DNA of 64,000 bases from an uncultured Eubacteriales bacterium (GTDB taxonomy: Bacteria; Bacillota; Thermincolia; Thermincolales; CAZWUW01): NCBI GenBank assembly GCA_964636895.1, contig CAZWUW010000002.1:378-64377 (forward strand), in the 5' to 3' direction. This document shows, one piece after another, positions 46,957 to 56,360 of the stretch; the stretch's first letter is position 1, and every line of letters starts with the position of its first letter. The position numbers and the translations under genes are program-made. Below the pieces are notes generated by a model. The model saw only the letters and a list, made by a program, of their open reading frames with translations. It searched no databases and was not told the origin of the DNA.

Positions 46957-48189
46957 TTACTCACTCCGCAACGCCACGATGGGGTCTAGGCGAGCTGCCT
47001 TTGTGGCCGGATAAACACCAAAAAAGATACCCACCAAAAAGGCAAAAAGCAATGCGATGATGACGGCCGGGACAGACACTGCCGTATGGATGGCCGGTAG
47101 GGCCGTGGGCAGCAGCCTGGCTCCGCCAATACCGGCCGCCAGTCCTAAAAGGCCGCCGATGATGCTCAGAAATACCGATTCAATCAGGAATTGCACCATA
47201 ATATCCCGGCGGGTGGCTCCGATGGCTTTGCGGATGCCGATTTCCCGGGTGCGCTCAGTCACTGAGACCAGCATAATATTCATGATGCCGATACCGCCTA
47301 CTATCAGTGAGATGGCAGCTATGCCGCCCAGGCCGACAGTAAGGATGCTTAATATGTTATTAATGGCATTGAGCATATCCTGTTGTTTGATTATTGAGAA
47401 GTCCGATGCTTTGTGGCGGTCTTTAAAAACCTCCCTGATTGTTTTTTCAGCCGGCTCCACCGCCTTTGGCGAAGTGGCCCGGACCATAATCTGACCGATG
47501 ATTTTGGCCTTTTGGCGGGGCATGACCTCGGTGATGGGCAGATAGATCTTCACATTCAGGTCTTCGCCCTGCGGTCCCATGTTCTCGGGTTTTTTGTAGG
47601 CCAGGATACCTACAACCGTATAAGCTTTCCCGTTTAGGCGGAAGGTTTGGCCTACGGAGTTTTTGCCGGCAAACAGTTCCTTATTGGCCTGATGGCCGAT
47701 AACCGATACTCTGGCTCTGTTTTCCCGTTCTTCTTTGGTCAGGAAACGGCCGTATTGCAAGTCCAGTTCGGTAATCTTAATTAAATCCTCATCTGTACCG
47801 GTGGTGGAGACCGTTAAATTGAGGTCATTAAGCTTATCGATCCCGTTGAAAAGGCCGGTGACAGCGGCAATGTTTTCCCGGCCCTTTAAAGCCAGGACAT
47901 CATCATAAGTCAGGGTGTTTTTGGTCTGGCCAAAACCTTCAGCCTGGACACCAAGCTTGCTTTTGCCTTTTTTGGCCCCGATTTCCACTTTGCCCGGCAA
48001 TACATATAACAGGTTAGCGCCGAGAGCTTCCACCTGAGAAGTGACCTGATTCTTGACCCCTTCGCCGATGGAGGTAAGCATAATCACCGAAAAAATGCCG
48101 ATGATGATGCCCAGCATGGTTAAAAAACTGCGCAATTTGTTGTGCAACAAAGATTTTAAACTACTGCGGAAGCTTTCTCTGACTCGCAT
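46957..48189 (-). CDS. MacB/FtsX-type ABC exporter permease
   Basis: N-terminal pattern SLLHNKLRSFLTMLGIIIG, a large periplasmic-type loop and a C-terminal FtsX domain. Start placed at MRVRESF, which would overlap the upstream ATPase gene by 29 nt. Confidence 0.8.
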   Translation of the reverse strand: MRVRESFRSSLKSLLHNKLRSFLTMLGIIIGIFSVIMLTSIGEGVKNQVTSQVEALGANLLYVLPGKVEIGAKKGKSKLGVQAEGFGQTKNTLTYDDVLALKGRENIAAVTGLFNGIDKLNDLNLTVSTTGTDEDLIKITELDLQYGRFLTKEERENRARVSVIGHQANKELFAGKNSVGQTFRLNGKAYTVVGILAYKKPENMGPQGEDLNVKIYLPITEVMPRQKAKIIGQIMVRATSPKAVEPAEKTIREVFKDRHKASDFSIIKQQDMLNAINNILSILTVGLGGIAAISLIVGGIGIMNIMLVSVTERTREIGIRKAIGATRRDIMVQFLIESVFLSIIGGLLGLAAGIGGARLLPTALPAIHTAVSVPAVIIALLFAFLVGIFFGVYPATKAARLDPIVALRSE

Positions 48190-48877
48190 CGGTGACCTCC
48201 TCGACAACCCCGTCTTTAATATTGATAATCCGGTTGGCTTCTTTGGCAATGCTCAAATCATGAGTAACAATTATTATGGTTTTACCCTGCCGGTTAAGGT
48301 CTCTGAAGATGTCGAGCACTTCGCGCCCGGTTTTAGAGTCCAGACTGCCGGTGGGTTCATCGGCCAGAATAATTGACGGTGCATTAACAATGGCGCGGGC
48401 GATGGCTACCCTTTGTTTTTGCCCGCCCGATAACTGGTTTGGCTTATATTTTAACCTGTCCTTTAAGCCCAGGACCGCTAAGGTTTCCCGGGCTTTTTTG
48501 CGTGCTTTTTTGGGCGGCGCGTGGCTGTAAAGCATGGCCAGTTCGACGTTTTCCAGGGCGGTGTACTGGGGCAGGAGATTAAATGACTGAAAGACAAAGC
48601 CGATGTGTTCATTTCTAATGTTGGCCAGTCTTTTATCACTCATCTTGCCGGTATCCTGCCCGGCCAGTTCATAACTGCCCCGGGTGGGGCGGTCCAAACA
48701 GCCGATAATATTCATCAGCGTTGATTTGCCTGAACCGGAAGGGCCGATAATGGCGGCGAATTCGCCGTCCCTTACCTCAAGCGTGACGTTTTTTAGTACC
48801 TCGGTGATTTCATCGCCGTTTTTGTAGCTTTTATAAAGTGCGTTAATATTAATAGTCATGTAATCTATTTTTTCCAT
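48161..48877 (-). CDS. MacB/LolD-type ABC exporter ATP-binding protein
   Basis: [34 protein letters not shown]. An alternative start at MTININ (48859) is possible. Confidence 0.9.
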   Translation of the reverse strand: MEKIDYMTININALYKSYKNGDEITEVLKNVTLEVRDGEFAAIIGPSGSGKSTLMNIIGCLDRPTRGSYELAGQDTGKMSDKRLANIRNEHIGFVFQSFNLLPQYTALENVELAMLYSHAPPKKARKKARETLAVLGLKDRLKYKPNQLSGGQKQRVAIARAIVNAPSIILADEPTGSLDSKTGREVLDIFRDLNRQGKTIIIVTHDLSIAKEANRIINIKDGVVEEVTDASQRKLPQ

Positions 48878-48963
48878 TCTTATAATAAATATAACAGGGT
48901 GAAATCAAGCAAAAAATTAAAAATGCCAGGCATCAAAATATAAAATAAAATGTCAAAAAGTAG

Positions 48964-48993
48964 TTGACATTCCAAGGCCTTCCCTGCTAAAAT
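48964..48993 (+). promoter_or_regulatory. sigma-A-type promoter
   Basis: TTGACA, 18-nt spacer, TAAAAT, upstream of the 49058/49440 genes. Confidence 0.45.
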
Positions 48994-49004
48994 ATAAACA
49001 GATA

Positions 49005-49018
49005 ACTAGTAAACTAGT
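49005..49018. promoter_or_regulatory. candidate operator ACTAGT-AA-ACTAGT
   Basis: Two copies of the self-complementary hexamer ACTAGT separated by 2 nt, just downstream of the -10 and upstream of a GntR-family gene. Confidence 0.3.
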
Positions 49019-49057
49019 ACTCTGGATATCGGGATTTTTGAGAGGGGGGCGCTAATC

Positions 49058-49459
49058 ATGAATGATGCAGCTATCATCCTTCGTCCGGCGGAAATTACTG
49101 ATGCGGAGGCAATCCGGCAAGTGATCCATGCTGAGGGGAAAACGTGGGATTTGGAGCGGATTATAGCCAATATTGATAGTTTATTTGTTTTAATATATCA
49201 AAAAAGGATTCTCGGCGTACTGTGTGGAACTTTTACACCGGGGAAGGAAACGGTGTCATGGGTGTCGGTACATCCCATGTACCCTGAGAGCTCTCTTGGC
49301 ATGGCCATGGTTCAGGGGCTGCGCGGCGTACTTAGCCGCCGGCCGCTGCATGACAGGGGCCGGGAGATACGGCAGGAGTTTTCTGTTGGCCACCGGTTTG
49401 GGGCGTTTTTCTCCCACTTTAAAGTCCGGGGTGTAAAAAATGGATTTTCAGGTCAATAA
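49058..49459 (+). CDS. small protein with GNAT-like N-terminus (possibly degenerate)
   Basis: 133 aa. IILRPAEITDAEAIRQV resembles GNAT N-termini, but the C-terminal half is unconvincing. It overlaps the GntR gene start by 20 nt. Confidence 0.3.
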   Translation: MNDAAIILRPAEITDAEAIRQVIHAEGKTWDLERIIANIDSLFVLIYQKRILGVLCGTFTPGKETVSWVSVHPMYPESSLGMAMVQGLRGVLSRRPLHDRGREIRQEFSVGHRFGAFFSHFKVRGVKNGFSGQ

Positions 49460-50417
49460 AAGTTCAGAGTTTCCAATTTATCAGCAGTTAAAGGAACAGA
49501 TAAAATATTTTTTATTGAGCGGTGTGTTGCAGCCGGGCACCCGGGTGCCGCCGCCGAAGGACCTGGCTTCATACCTGCAGATTAACCGCAATACGGTAAT
49601 TGCTGCGTACAAGGAGTTGGAAAAGGAAGGAATGCTGTTGACAAAGCATGGCCAGGGCACTTACGTGTCTGAAGAAATGCCTCCTCTGCCTGATGAGGAG
49701 CGCAAACAGGCTTTGATCGCGCTTGTTCGGGAAACGATGGAGCGTACGGTGAAATTGGGTTTTAGCGTTGAGGACTTGTTTACCGTGGTTTTTAACCAAA
49801 CTGTGTTGGGGCTGGATGCCTTGCCCAGGAAAGAGCTGCGCACCCTGTTGGTGGAATGCAATAAACCGGACTTGCAGCATTTTCAGCAGGAACTGCAAAA
49901 AGAGCTGGGCATCCGGGTGGACGGCAGCCTGTTAACCGAGCTGCCGGATAATGTGCAGGAAGAAATTGTTACCGGGGCCGACTTTGTAGTGACCACCTTT
50001 TTTCATGTGGAGGATGTCAAAGCTATTTTGGAGCCTTTGGGCAAAGAGGTGGTGGCTATCATGGCGGCACCTCATCTGCATACCTTTATGCGCATCGCCC
50101 AGCTTCCGCCGGGCACCCGGGTCGGTATTATCTGTGGCCATGAAGATGGGTCGCTGAATATGCGCAGAGCTCTGGAGTCTGCCGGCATTCAGCACATTAC
50201 GCTGGAAAACGCCGGTTTGGATGACCGGGAGGCTTTGCAAAAAATGATTAACCGGGTGGACTGGGTGGTGGCTTCCCGGGTGGTCATTGATGCTGTAAAG
50301 GTAATTGTCCCAACCGGTGTGCAGGTAATGGAATTTTACAACGTATTGGATCAGGCCGGGGTACAAATGTTAAAGCAATACCTGGACAAAAAACGGAAAA
50401 CCATGCAGGCCGGTTAA
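49440..50417 (+). CDS. GntR family transcriptional regulator with extended C-terminal domain
   Basis: N-terminal wHTH PIYQQLKEQIKYFLLSGVLQPGTRVPPPKDLASYLQINRNTVIAAYKELEKEGML. Confidence 0.8.
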   Translation: MDFQVNKSSEFPIYQQLKEQIKYFLLSGVLQPGTRVPPPKDLASYLQINRNTVIAAYKELEKEGMLLTKHGQGTYVSEEMPPLPDEERKQALIALVRETMERTVKLGFSVEDLFTVVFNQTVLGLDALPRKELRTLLVECNKPDLQHFQQELQKELGIRVDGSLLTELPDNVQEEIVTGADFVVTTFFHVEDVKAILEPLGKEVVAIMAAPHLHTFMRIAQLPPGTRVGIICGHEDGSLNMRRALESAGIQHITLENAGLDDREALQKMINRVDWVVASRVVIDAVKVIVPTGVQVMEFYNVLDQAGVQMLKQYLDKKRKTMQAG

Positions 50418-50436
50418 GACTAACCGGCCTGTTATT

Positions 50437-50730
50437 TTACCCGTATTTCCACATTACACCAAACCCGCCCCGCGGATAACTCCACTGAATATTGTCCGGG
50501 GGGCAGCTGTAACGACAGGTACCGCACTCGACGCAGCCTTCATAAGCTACTCTGATGCGGTTATCCTGCCAGGCGTAGACCTGGGCCGGACAAGTGTAAG
50601 TGCAGGGCTTATCCATGCAGTCAGTCAAGCAGATATTCGGATCCCTGACTTTTAAGTGGCTTTCCTTATCAACTATATATCTGTTTAAAAACAGTTTTTC
50701 TTCTATATCCATCAGCCCAGCACCCTCCAT
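50437..50730 (-). CDS. fixX: FixX-type ferredoxin-like protein
   Basis: 97 aa with CPAQVY...GCVECGTCRYSCP. Last gene of a fixABCX-ordered cluster. Confidence 0.8.
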   Translation of the reverse strand: MEGAGLMDIEEKLFLNRYIVDKESHLKVRDPNICLTDCMDKPCTYTCPAQVYAWQDNRIRVAYEGCVECGTCRYSCPPDNIQWSYPRGGFGVMWKYG

Positions 50731-52010
50731 AGCTTATACATGTCACTGCCGATTTGCCAGAGCGGTCGCTCTTTGGCAAGCGTATGCAGGATTTTTTTTT
50801 GTTTTTCCTTTTTGGGTATGCCATCTACCGTAAAAAACTCGTGTGCTGCCCGGTTCAGGGCGGTCGGATAAAAGCTCAGGAAATCCCGGTGGCTTTCCAA
50901 AAAACCGGCAGTGTTTTGATATTTCATCAGGTCTTTGATGACAAAGGTTTGCTTCAGTTTTTCTTCATACAGAGCCAATGTATTTTTGCTGAAGTCACCT
51001 TTTTCGTGGGCTGTGACCGCCGTTTCGCCGGCAATTTTACCGGAAATCATGGCCAGGTTGGAGCCTTCGCGGTGAATGCCGTTAACCAGCATGGCGGCAT
51101 CACCGGCTACCATTACTCCGTTGCCGGTAATTTTGGGCATACCCTTGAACCCCCCTTCGGGAATCAGATGGGCCATATATTCCTTGGGTTGAGCGCCCTC
51201 AATTAGTGGTCGCACCGAAGGGTGCTGTTTCAGGGCTTCCAGCAGCTCGTTTTGGTTGACATGGTGGTCCATCATGGAAGACACTAGGGCACCCACGCCA
51301 ATAGAAAGGGATTCTTTATTTGTATAAATGAAAGCGGTGCCCAGCATGCCCCGGGTGCTTTCCCCGAACAATTCGATGGTGGCCCCCTGGCCTTTTTCCA
51401 GGTTGAAACGATCTTCGATCTTTTCCTGGGGTAGGCTCAAAACCTCTTTTACTGCTGAGGCCAGGTGCTCCGGGGGCAGGTGGTGCTGCAGCCCTGCCTG
51501 CTGGGAGAGCAGGCAGTTTACCCCTTCGGCCAGAATTACAATGTTGGCGCCGACCTGTCCGTCGTCGCGGCCAACCAGCACCCCGGTGAAGCGGTCTCCT
51601 TCCTTGGTCAGTTCTTTAACCACGGTTTCGTTGATAATCAACGCTCCGGCGGCTTCTGCCTGTTCGGCCATCCAGCGGTCAAACCTGGCCCTGAATACCG
51701 TAAAGGCGTTATATGGTTCGCGGCCAAAATTTTCGCTGCGGTAAGACAGGCCAAAATGGGCCCGGCGGTCTAAAAACCAGTACCGCTGTTCAATTACCGG
51801 GCGTTCCAGCGGGGCTTTTGCCCAGAACCGGGGGTACAACTGTTCGGTGGCATTGGTATATATTACTCCGCCCATGACATTTTTGGCCCCGGGCTGTTCG
51901 CCGCGCTCAATGACCAGTGTGGCCAGGCCGCCTTCGGCGGTCTTTTTTGCTGCTGCCAGGCCGGCCGGCCCGGCACCGACAATGATTACGTCATATTTAA
52001 TATCAGCCAT
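50712..52010 (-). CDS. fixC: FixC-type FAD-dependent oxidoreductase (ETF-quinone oxidoreductase-like)
   Basis: 432 aa with YDVIIVGAGPAGLAAA dinucleotide-binding motif. Confidence 0.8.
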   Translation of the reverse strand: MADIKYDVIIVGAGPAGLAAAKKTAEGGLATLVIERGEQPGAKNVMGGVIYTNATEQLYPRFWAKAPLERPVIEQRYWFLDRRAHFGLSYRSENFGREPYNAFTVFRARFDRWMAEQAEAAGALIINETVVKELTKEGDRFTGVLVGRDDGQVGANIVILAEGVNCLLSQQAGLQHHLPPEHLASAVKEVLSLPQEKIEDRFNLEKGQGATIELFGESTRGMLGTAFIYTNKESLSIGVGALVSSMMDHHVNQNELLEALKQHPSVRPLIEGAQPKEYMAHLIPEGGFKGMPKITGNGVMVAGDAAMLVNGIHREGSNLAMISGKIAGETAVTAHEKGDFSKNTLALYEEKLKQTFVIKDLMKYQNTAGFLESHRDFLSFYPTALNRAAHEFFTVDGIPKKEKQKKILHTLAKERPLWQIGSDMYKLWRVLG

Positions 52011-52012
52011 AT

Positions 52013-53044
52013 CTAAACCTCCTGCGGCGCGCCCGGCCGGCTTTTGAGCTCTTCAATCAATAACGGGACGATTTCATTTACGTCTCCCACTATGCCGTAA
52101 TCAGCTACCCGGAAAATTGGCGCCTGCGGGTCTTTATTAAGCGCAACGATATAGTCGGAAGTCTGCATGCCCACCAGATGCTGGATAGCGCCGGAAATGC
52201 CCAGGGCGATATATAACCTGGGCCGTACTGTTTGCCCGGTCTGACCAATTTGGTGTTCATAGCCCAGCCAGCCGGCTTCTACGGCCGCCCGCGAGGCACC
52301 GATGGTGCCGCCCAGCAATCCGGCCAATGCTTCGATATGCCGGAAGTTTTCTTTGCTGCCGATGCCCCTGCCGACAGCGACAATGATATCGGCTTTGTCC
52401 AGGTATACGGCCTGGCCCGGTTCTCTGATGAATTGCACAAATTTTTGCGGCACCGTGTCTTCCTTAAGTCCCAGCAGTTCTTCAATAATTTTACCGGATT
52501 TGGCCGGGTCCGGGGTCGGCATGGCCATCACCCGCGGCCGCACAGAGGCCATTTGGGGGCGGTGTTTTTTACATAGAATGGTGGCCATGATGTTGCCGCC
52601 CCAGGCGGGGCGGGTCTGTTTGAGCAGCCGGGTGGCCGGGTCGATTTCCAGGACGGTGCAATCAGCCGTTAGACCGGTACCGAGACTGGTAGCTACCGCC
52701 CCGGCCAGGTCCCGGCCCAGGGAAGTAGCACCCAGCAGGATGATTTCCGGCTTGTATTTTTGGGCCAGCATCACCAGGCCATGGGCGTATGGCGGTGTTC
52801 GGTAATGCTCAAGCACCGGGTCATCGATTAAATAAACCTTATCGGCCCCGTAATGAAAAACTTCGCCGACCCGATTTCTGACGTTGTGCCCCAGCAGCAC
52901 GCCCGTTAGTTCCGTACTCATCAGGTCATCGGCCAATTCCCTGCCCTTGCCCAGCAATTCCCAGGAAACCGGGGCAATTTCCCCGGCTATCTGTTCTATA
53001 AATACCCAGACCCCTTTATATGAGGATAAATCCTGCACATTCAA
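52013..53044 (-). CDS. fixB: electron transfer flavoprotein alpha subunit, FixB-type
   Basis: 343 aa with [17 protein letters not shown] and ALNKDPQAPIF motifs. Confidence 0.85.
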   Translation of the reverse strand: MNVQDLSSYKGVWVFIEQIAGEIAPVSWELLGKGRELADDLMSTELTGVLLGHNVRNRVGEVFHYGADKVYLIDDPVLEHYRTPPYAHGLVMLAQKYKPEIILLGATSLGRDLAGAVATSLGTGLTADCTVLEIDPATRLLKQTRPAWGGNIMATILCKKHRPQMASVRPRVMAMPTPDPAKSGKIIEELLGLKEDTVPQKFVQFIREPGQAVYLDKADIIVAVGRGIGSKENFRHIEALAGLLGGTIGASRAAVEAGWLGYEHQIGQTGQTVRPRLYIALGISGAIQHLVGMQTSDYIVALNKDPQAPIFRVADYGIVGDVNEIVPLLIEELKSRPGAPQEV

Positions 53045-53063
53045 AGCTATCCCTGCCTTTATC

Positions 53064-53876
53064 CTACTTATCCATCACCAGTACCCGGTTGAAAAGGTCA
53101 TCGACCAGTTCCTTTGCTAACTGTGCGGCATTACCTTGCCGTATTTTACCGCCCGTTCTTGGCGGCGGGGTAAAAATTTTGCTCACAGTAGTTGGGGAGC
53201 CTTTTAGGCCTATTTGAGTTTCGTCCGCCTCTATCGATGTTTTATCCCATAATTCTATTTCTGCCTGGGCCGCTTTCAGCATGTTGGGAAAACTGGCGTA
53301 CCTGATTTCGTTTATGGCCTTTTCCACGCTGATTAAGGCCGGAAATCCAGCCGTCAGTACTTCCCGCCCGCCTTCCAGTTTGCGGGCTGCCTGCAGTTGT
53401 TTGGCTACCGGGTCGATGCGGATAATTTCACTGACATAGGTAAGCTGGGCCAACCCAAGCCTGGTAGCAATGCCCGGACCAACCTGGGCCGTATCGCCGT
53501 CGATAGCTTGTTTTCCGCAAAAAACAAGGTCTAGCGGGCCTTCGCGCATTAGTTTTTTGATGGCCTGGCTTAAGATATAGCTGGTGGCCAGCGTGTCAGA
53601 ACCGGCAAAGGCTCTGTCAGTTAGCAGGATCCCCCGGTCGGCCCCCAGTCCCAGGGCTTTGCGGATGGAGTCTCTGGCCTTTGGCGGCCCCATGCATAGA
53701 ATGGTTACTGTTCCGCCATGCGTCTCCTTGATGCGCAAAGCTTCTTCCACGGCGTGAGTATCGTAGGGATTGATAATTGACGGGATGCCTTCCCGGATCA
53801 GGTTGCCGGTTTGCGGGTCAACCCGCGCTTCAGCCGTATCCGGCACTTCTTTGAGGCAAACAATGGCATTAATCAT
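53064..53876 (-). CDS. fixA: electron transfer flavoprotein beta subunit, FixA-type
   Basis: 270 aa with MINAIVCLKEVPD N-terminus and NPYDTHAVEEA motif. Confidence 0.85.
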   Translation of the reverse strand: MINAIVCLKEVPDTAEARVDPQTGNLIREGIPSIINPYDTHAVEEALRIKETHGGTVTILCMGPPKARDSIRKALGLGADRGILLTDRAFAGSDTLATSYILSQAIKKLMREGPLDLVFCGKQAIDGDTAQVGPGIATRLGLAQLTYVSEIIRIDPVAKQLQAARKLEGGREVLTAGFPALISVEKAINEIRYASFPNMLKAAQAEIELWDKTSIEADETQIGLKGSPTTVSKIFTPPPRTGGKIRQGNAAQLAKELVDDLFNRVLVMDK

Positions 53877-54059
53877 TTTTTCCTCCGGAAAATAAAATGC
53901 TCTTATTAATCTTCCGTAAGAAACGGCTAATTATGCTTTCAAGGTTTTGCCGGGAGAAGGTTATTAAATGCGCTTTTTATACCATTCTGTCACGCACCTA
54001 ATCGGGTAGAGGCGGCATAGCATACAGCAGAGTTGAATAATTGGAGGCGTGTTTATTTT

Positions 54060-55196
54060 ATGCATTTAGCTTTTATCTGCCCGGAAATGCTGCCTTTACC
54101 CGCTATCAGGGGCGGCGGAGTGGAAGCATTGATTGACGGCGTAACCCCGATAATCGCAAAACAGCACCGGTTGACAGTTTTGTCCATCACCGACCCGGCC
54201 CTGCCGGTCAGGGAAAACTTGTCGGGAGTGGAGTATATCCGCTTCTCGCCAAAGTATTATTGGAGCGCTGTGGCTTACTATTTGCGTAATCATTTTGCCG
54301 GTGACGTGGTACATGTTTTTAACCGTCCACGCAGGGTTTATGCATACAAAAAGGCGGCTCCCGCCGCCCGCTTTGTTTTAAGTTTACATAATGAAGTGTT
54401 TAGCCGACAAATGCTTTCAGATGTTGAGGGGTCACAATGTATTGATAGTGTGGAAACCATTATGACTGTAAGCGATTATATTGGCCGTACGGTAATGCGG
54501 CGATTTCCGGCGGCTGCCGAAAAATTAAAAACCGTATATTCCGGTGTTGATTTAAACCGCTACCGGCCAACTTGGCAGGCCGCAGAAAAACGGGCCGCGC
54601 TTAGAGAGAAATTTGGCGTGAGTAATAAAAAGGTGATCCTTTTTGTAGGGCGTTTAAAACCCAAAAAAGGTCCCCATGTGCTGATTGAAGCATTAAAAAT
54701 GCTGCTTCCCAAACACCCTGACGTGGTGCTGGTGATTGTCGGCAGCCGCTGGTTCAGTGATAATACAGTTGATGATTATGTCCGCAAACTGCATAGTCTA
54801 AGTGCACCTGTGCGGGACAAAATCATATTTACCAATTATGTGCCCCAGGAGGCTATGCCGGACTATTTTTTGCTGGGCGATGTTTTTGTGTGTCCTTCCC
54901 AGTGGCAGGAGCCCTTGGCGCGTGTGCATTACGAAGCCATGGCCGCCGGGCTGCCGATTATCACCACCAACCGTGGCGGTAACGGGGAAGTAATCAAGCA
55001 CCGCCAAAACGGTATGCTGATAGACAACTATAGAAATCCGGCGGCTTTTGCCAGGGCGTTGCAGATTCTCCTGGCTGACCCGCGCTTGGCCGGCCGGCTG
55101 GCCAGAAATGGCCGGCAAACTGCCGAGCGGAGTTTTGGATTTGACCGGGTGGCGGCAGATTTATTACGGGTATATGCCGCCGCCTCTAAACCGTAA
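54060..55196 (+). CDS. glycosyltransferase family 4 (GT-B, retaining)
   Basis: C-terminal EPLARVHYEAMAAGLPIITTNRGGNGEVI (E-x7-E-type region). Start uncertain between TTG 54033 and ATG 54060. Confidence 0.8.
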   Translation: MHLAFICPEMLPLPAIRGGGVEALIDGVTPIIAKQHRLTVLSITDPALPVRENLSGVEYIRFSPKYYWSAVAYYLRNHFAGDVVHVFNRPRRVYAYKKAAPAARFVLSLHNEVFSRQMLSDVEGSQCIDSVETIMTVSDYIGRTVMRRFPAAAEKLKTVYSGVDLNRYRPTWQAAEKRAALREKFGVSNKKVILFVGRLKPKKGPHVLIEALKMLLPKHPDVVLVIVGSRWFSDNTVDDYVRKLHSLSAPVRDKIIFTNYVPQEAMPDYFLLGDVFVCPSQWQEPLARVHYEAMAAGLPIITTNRGGNGEVIKHRQNGMLIDNYRNPAAFARALQILLADPRLAGRLARNGRQTAERSFGFDRVAADLLRVYAAASKP

Positions 55197-55378
55197 ATTT
55201 TAAACCTTAAACCTGGCTATTTTGCCCATCTCATTGGTGCCCAGGTCCATAGCATTTACTGCATTATTGGTACCGTGCTGGATACTGGATAACCACCTCT
55301 TTTAAGATTTTTCATAAAAACAGACAGACAGCCAATTTCTGTTTAACTCCAGAAACGGCTGTCTGCATTTTTACATTA

Positions 55379-56344
55379 TTATACTTTTTCCGGTATATTA
55401 TTTGCCGAACTTTTATATAGCTCATTAATATAATCAACTTCCGCCAACAGGCCGTCCTTTAAAGTAGTGGCGGGTCGATAGTTAAGACAGTTGGCAGCTT
55501 TGCTGATATTCGCCCAGGTTTCTTTGGGTTCGCCGGGTTGAGCCGGCTGATAATTGATTTTTGGAGTGCGGCCGGTTATTTCCGCTAACAGGCTGATAAT
55601 TTCGTTTACGGAAGCCCGGGTATTGCCGCCCAGATTAAAGACTGTGCCGTGTTTGGGATAGTCCATGGCGGCAATGTTTGCTTGCACAATATCGGCGACA
55701 AAAGTAAAGTCCCGGACTTGGCAGCCGTCTCCGTAAACGGTAATATCCTTATTGGCCAACAGTGACTTGATAAAAATATGAAAAGCCATATCCGGCCGCT
55801 GGCGCGGGCCATATACCGTGAAAAAGCGCAGGGTGGTTAATGGCAGGCCAAATTCCCGGTGGTAGATGGCGGCCAGGTGTTCGGCAGCTAGTTTGGTGAC
55901 TCCATACGGAGACAAGGGGCTGGGCAGCCGGTCTTCGTCTGCCGGGCCATGAACAGCGCCGTATACCGATGAAGTGGAGGCAAGAATGAATTTTTTCAAG
56001 GGGCATCCTTTGGCTGCCTCCAGTAAGTATTGGGTAGCCTGGATGTTATTGTGCAGATAGGGCAGAAAATCTTTACCCCAGCTTGTGCGTACACCGGGTG
56101 TGGCGGCAAGATGATAAACGACTTCGATGTCTTTTAGCAGCGCAGGCAGCTCCAGTTGCAGCAGGTCGTTTCTGAACAACTTCATTTGCGGGTGTTGAAG
56201 CAGGGGGGCAATGTTTTTTTCTTTAATCCAGGCATTTGGCTCACCCATATAATCAACGGCAGTTACCCGGCAGCCCCGGGCCAGTAAACTTGTGCACAGA
56301 TGTGAGCCGATAAAGCCTGCTGCGCCGGTGACCAGTATGTTCAT
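55379..56344 (-). CDS. NAD-dependent nucleotide-sugar epimerase/dehydratase
   Basis: ILVTGAAGFIGSHL Rossmann motif and catalytic YGVTK (YxxxK). ATG at 56344 follows AGGGCAGGGA. Confidence 0.85.
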   Translation of the reverse strand: MNILVTGAAGFIGSHLCTSLLARGCRVTAVDYMGEPNAWIKEKNIAPLLQHPQMKLFRNDLLQLELPALLKDIEVVYHLAATPGVRTSWGKDFLPYLHNNIQATQYLLEAAKGCPLKKFILASTSSVYGAVHGPADEDRLPSPLSPYGVTKLAAEHLAAIYHREFGLPLTTLRFFTVYGPRQRPDMAFHIFIKSLLANKDITVYGDGCQVRDFTFVADIVQANIAAMDYPKHGTVFNLGGNTRASVNEIISLLAEITGRTPKINYQPAQPGEPKETWANISKAANCLNYRPATTLKDGLLAEVDYINELYKSSANNIPEKV

Positions 56345-56360
56345 TGAAATCCCTGCCCTG

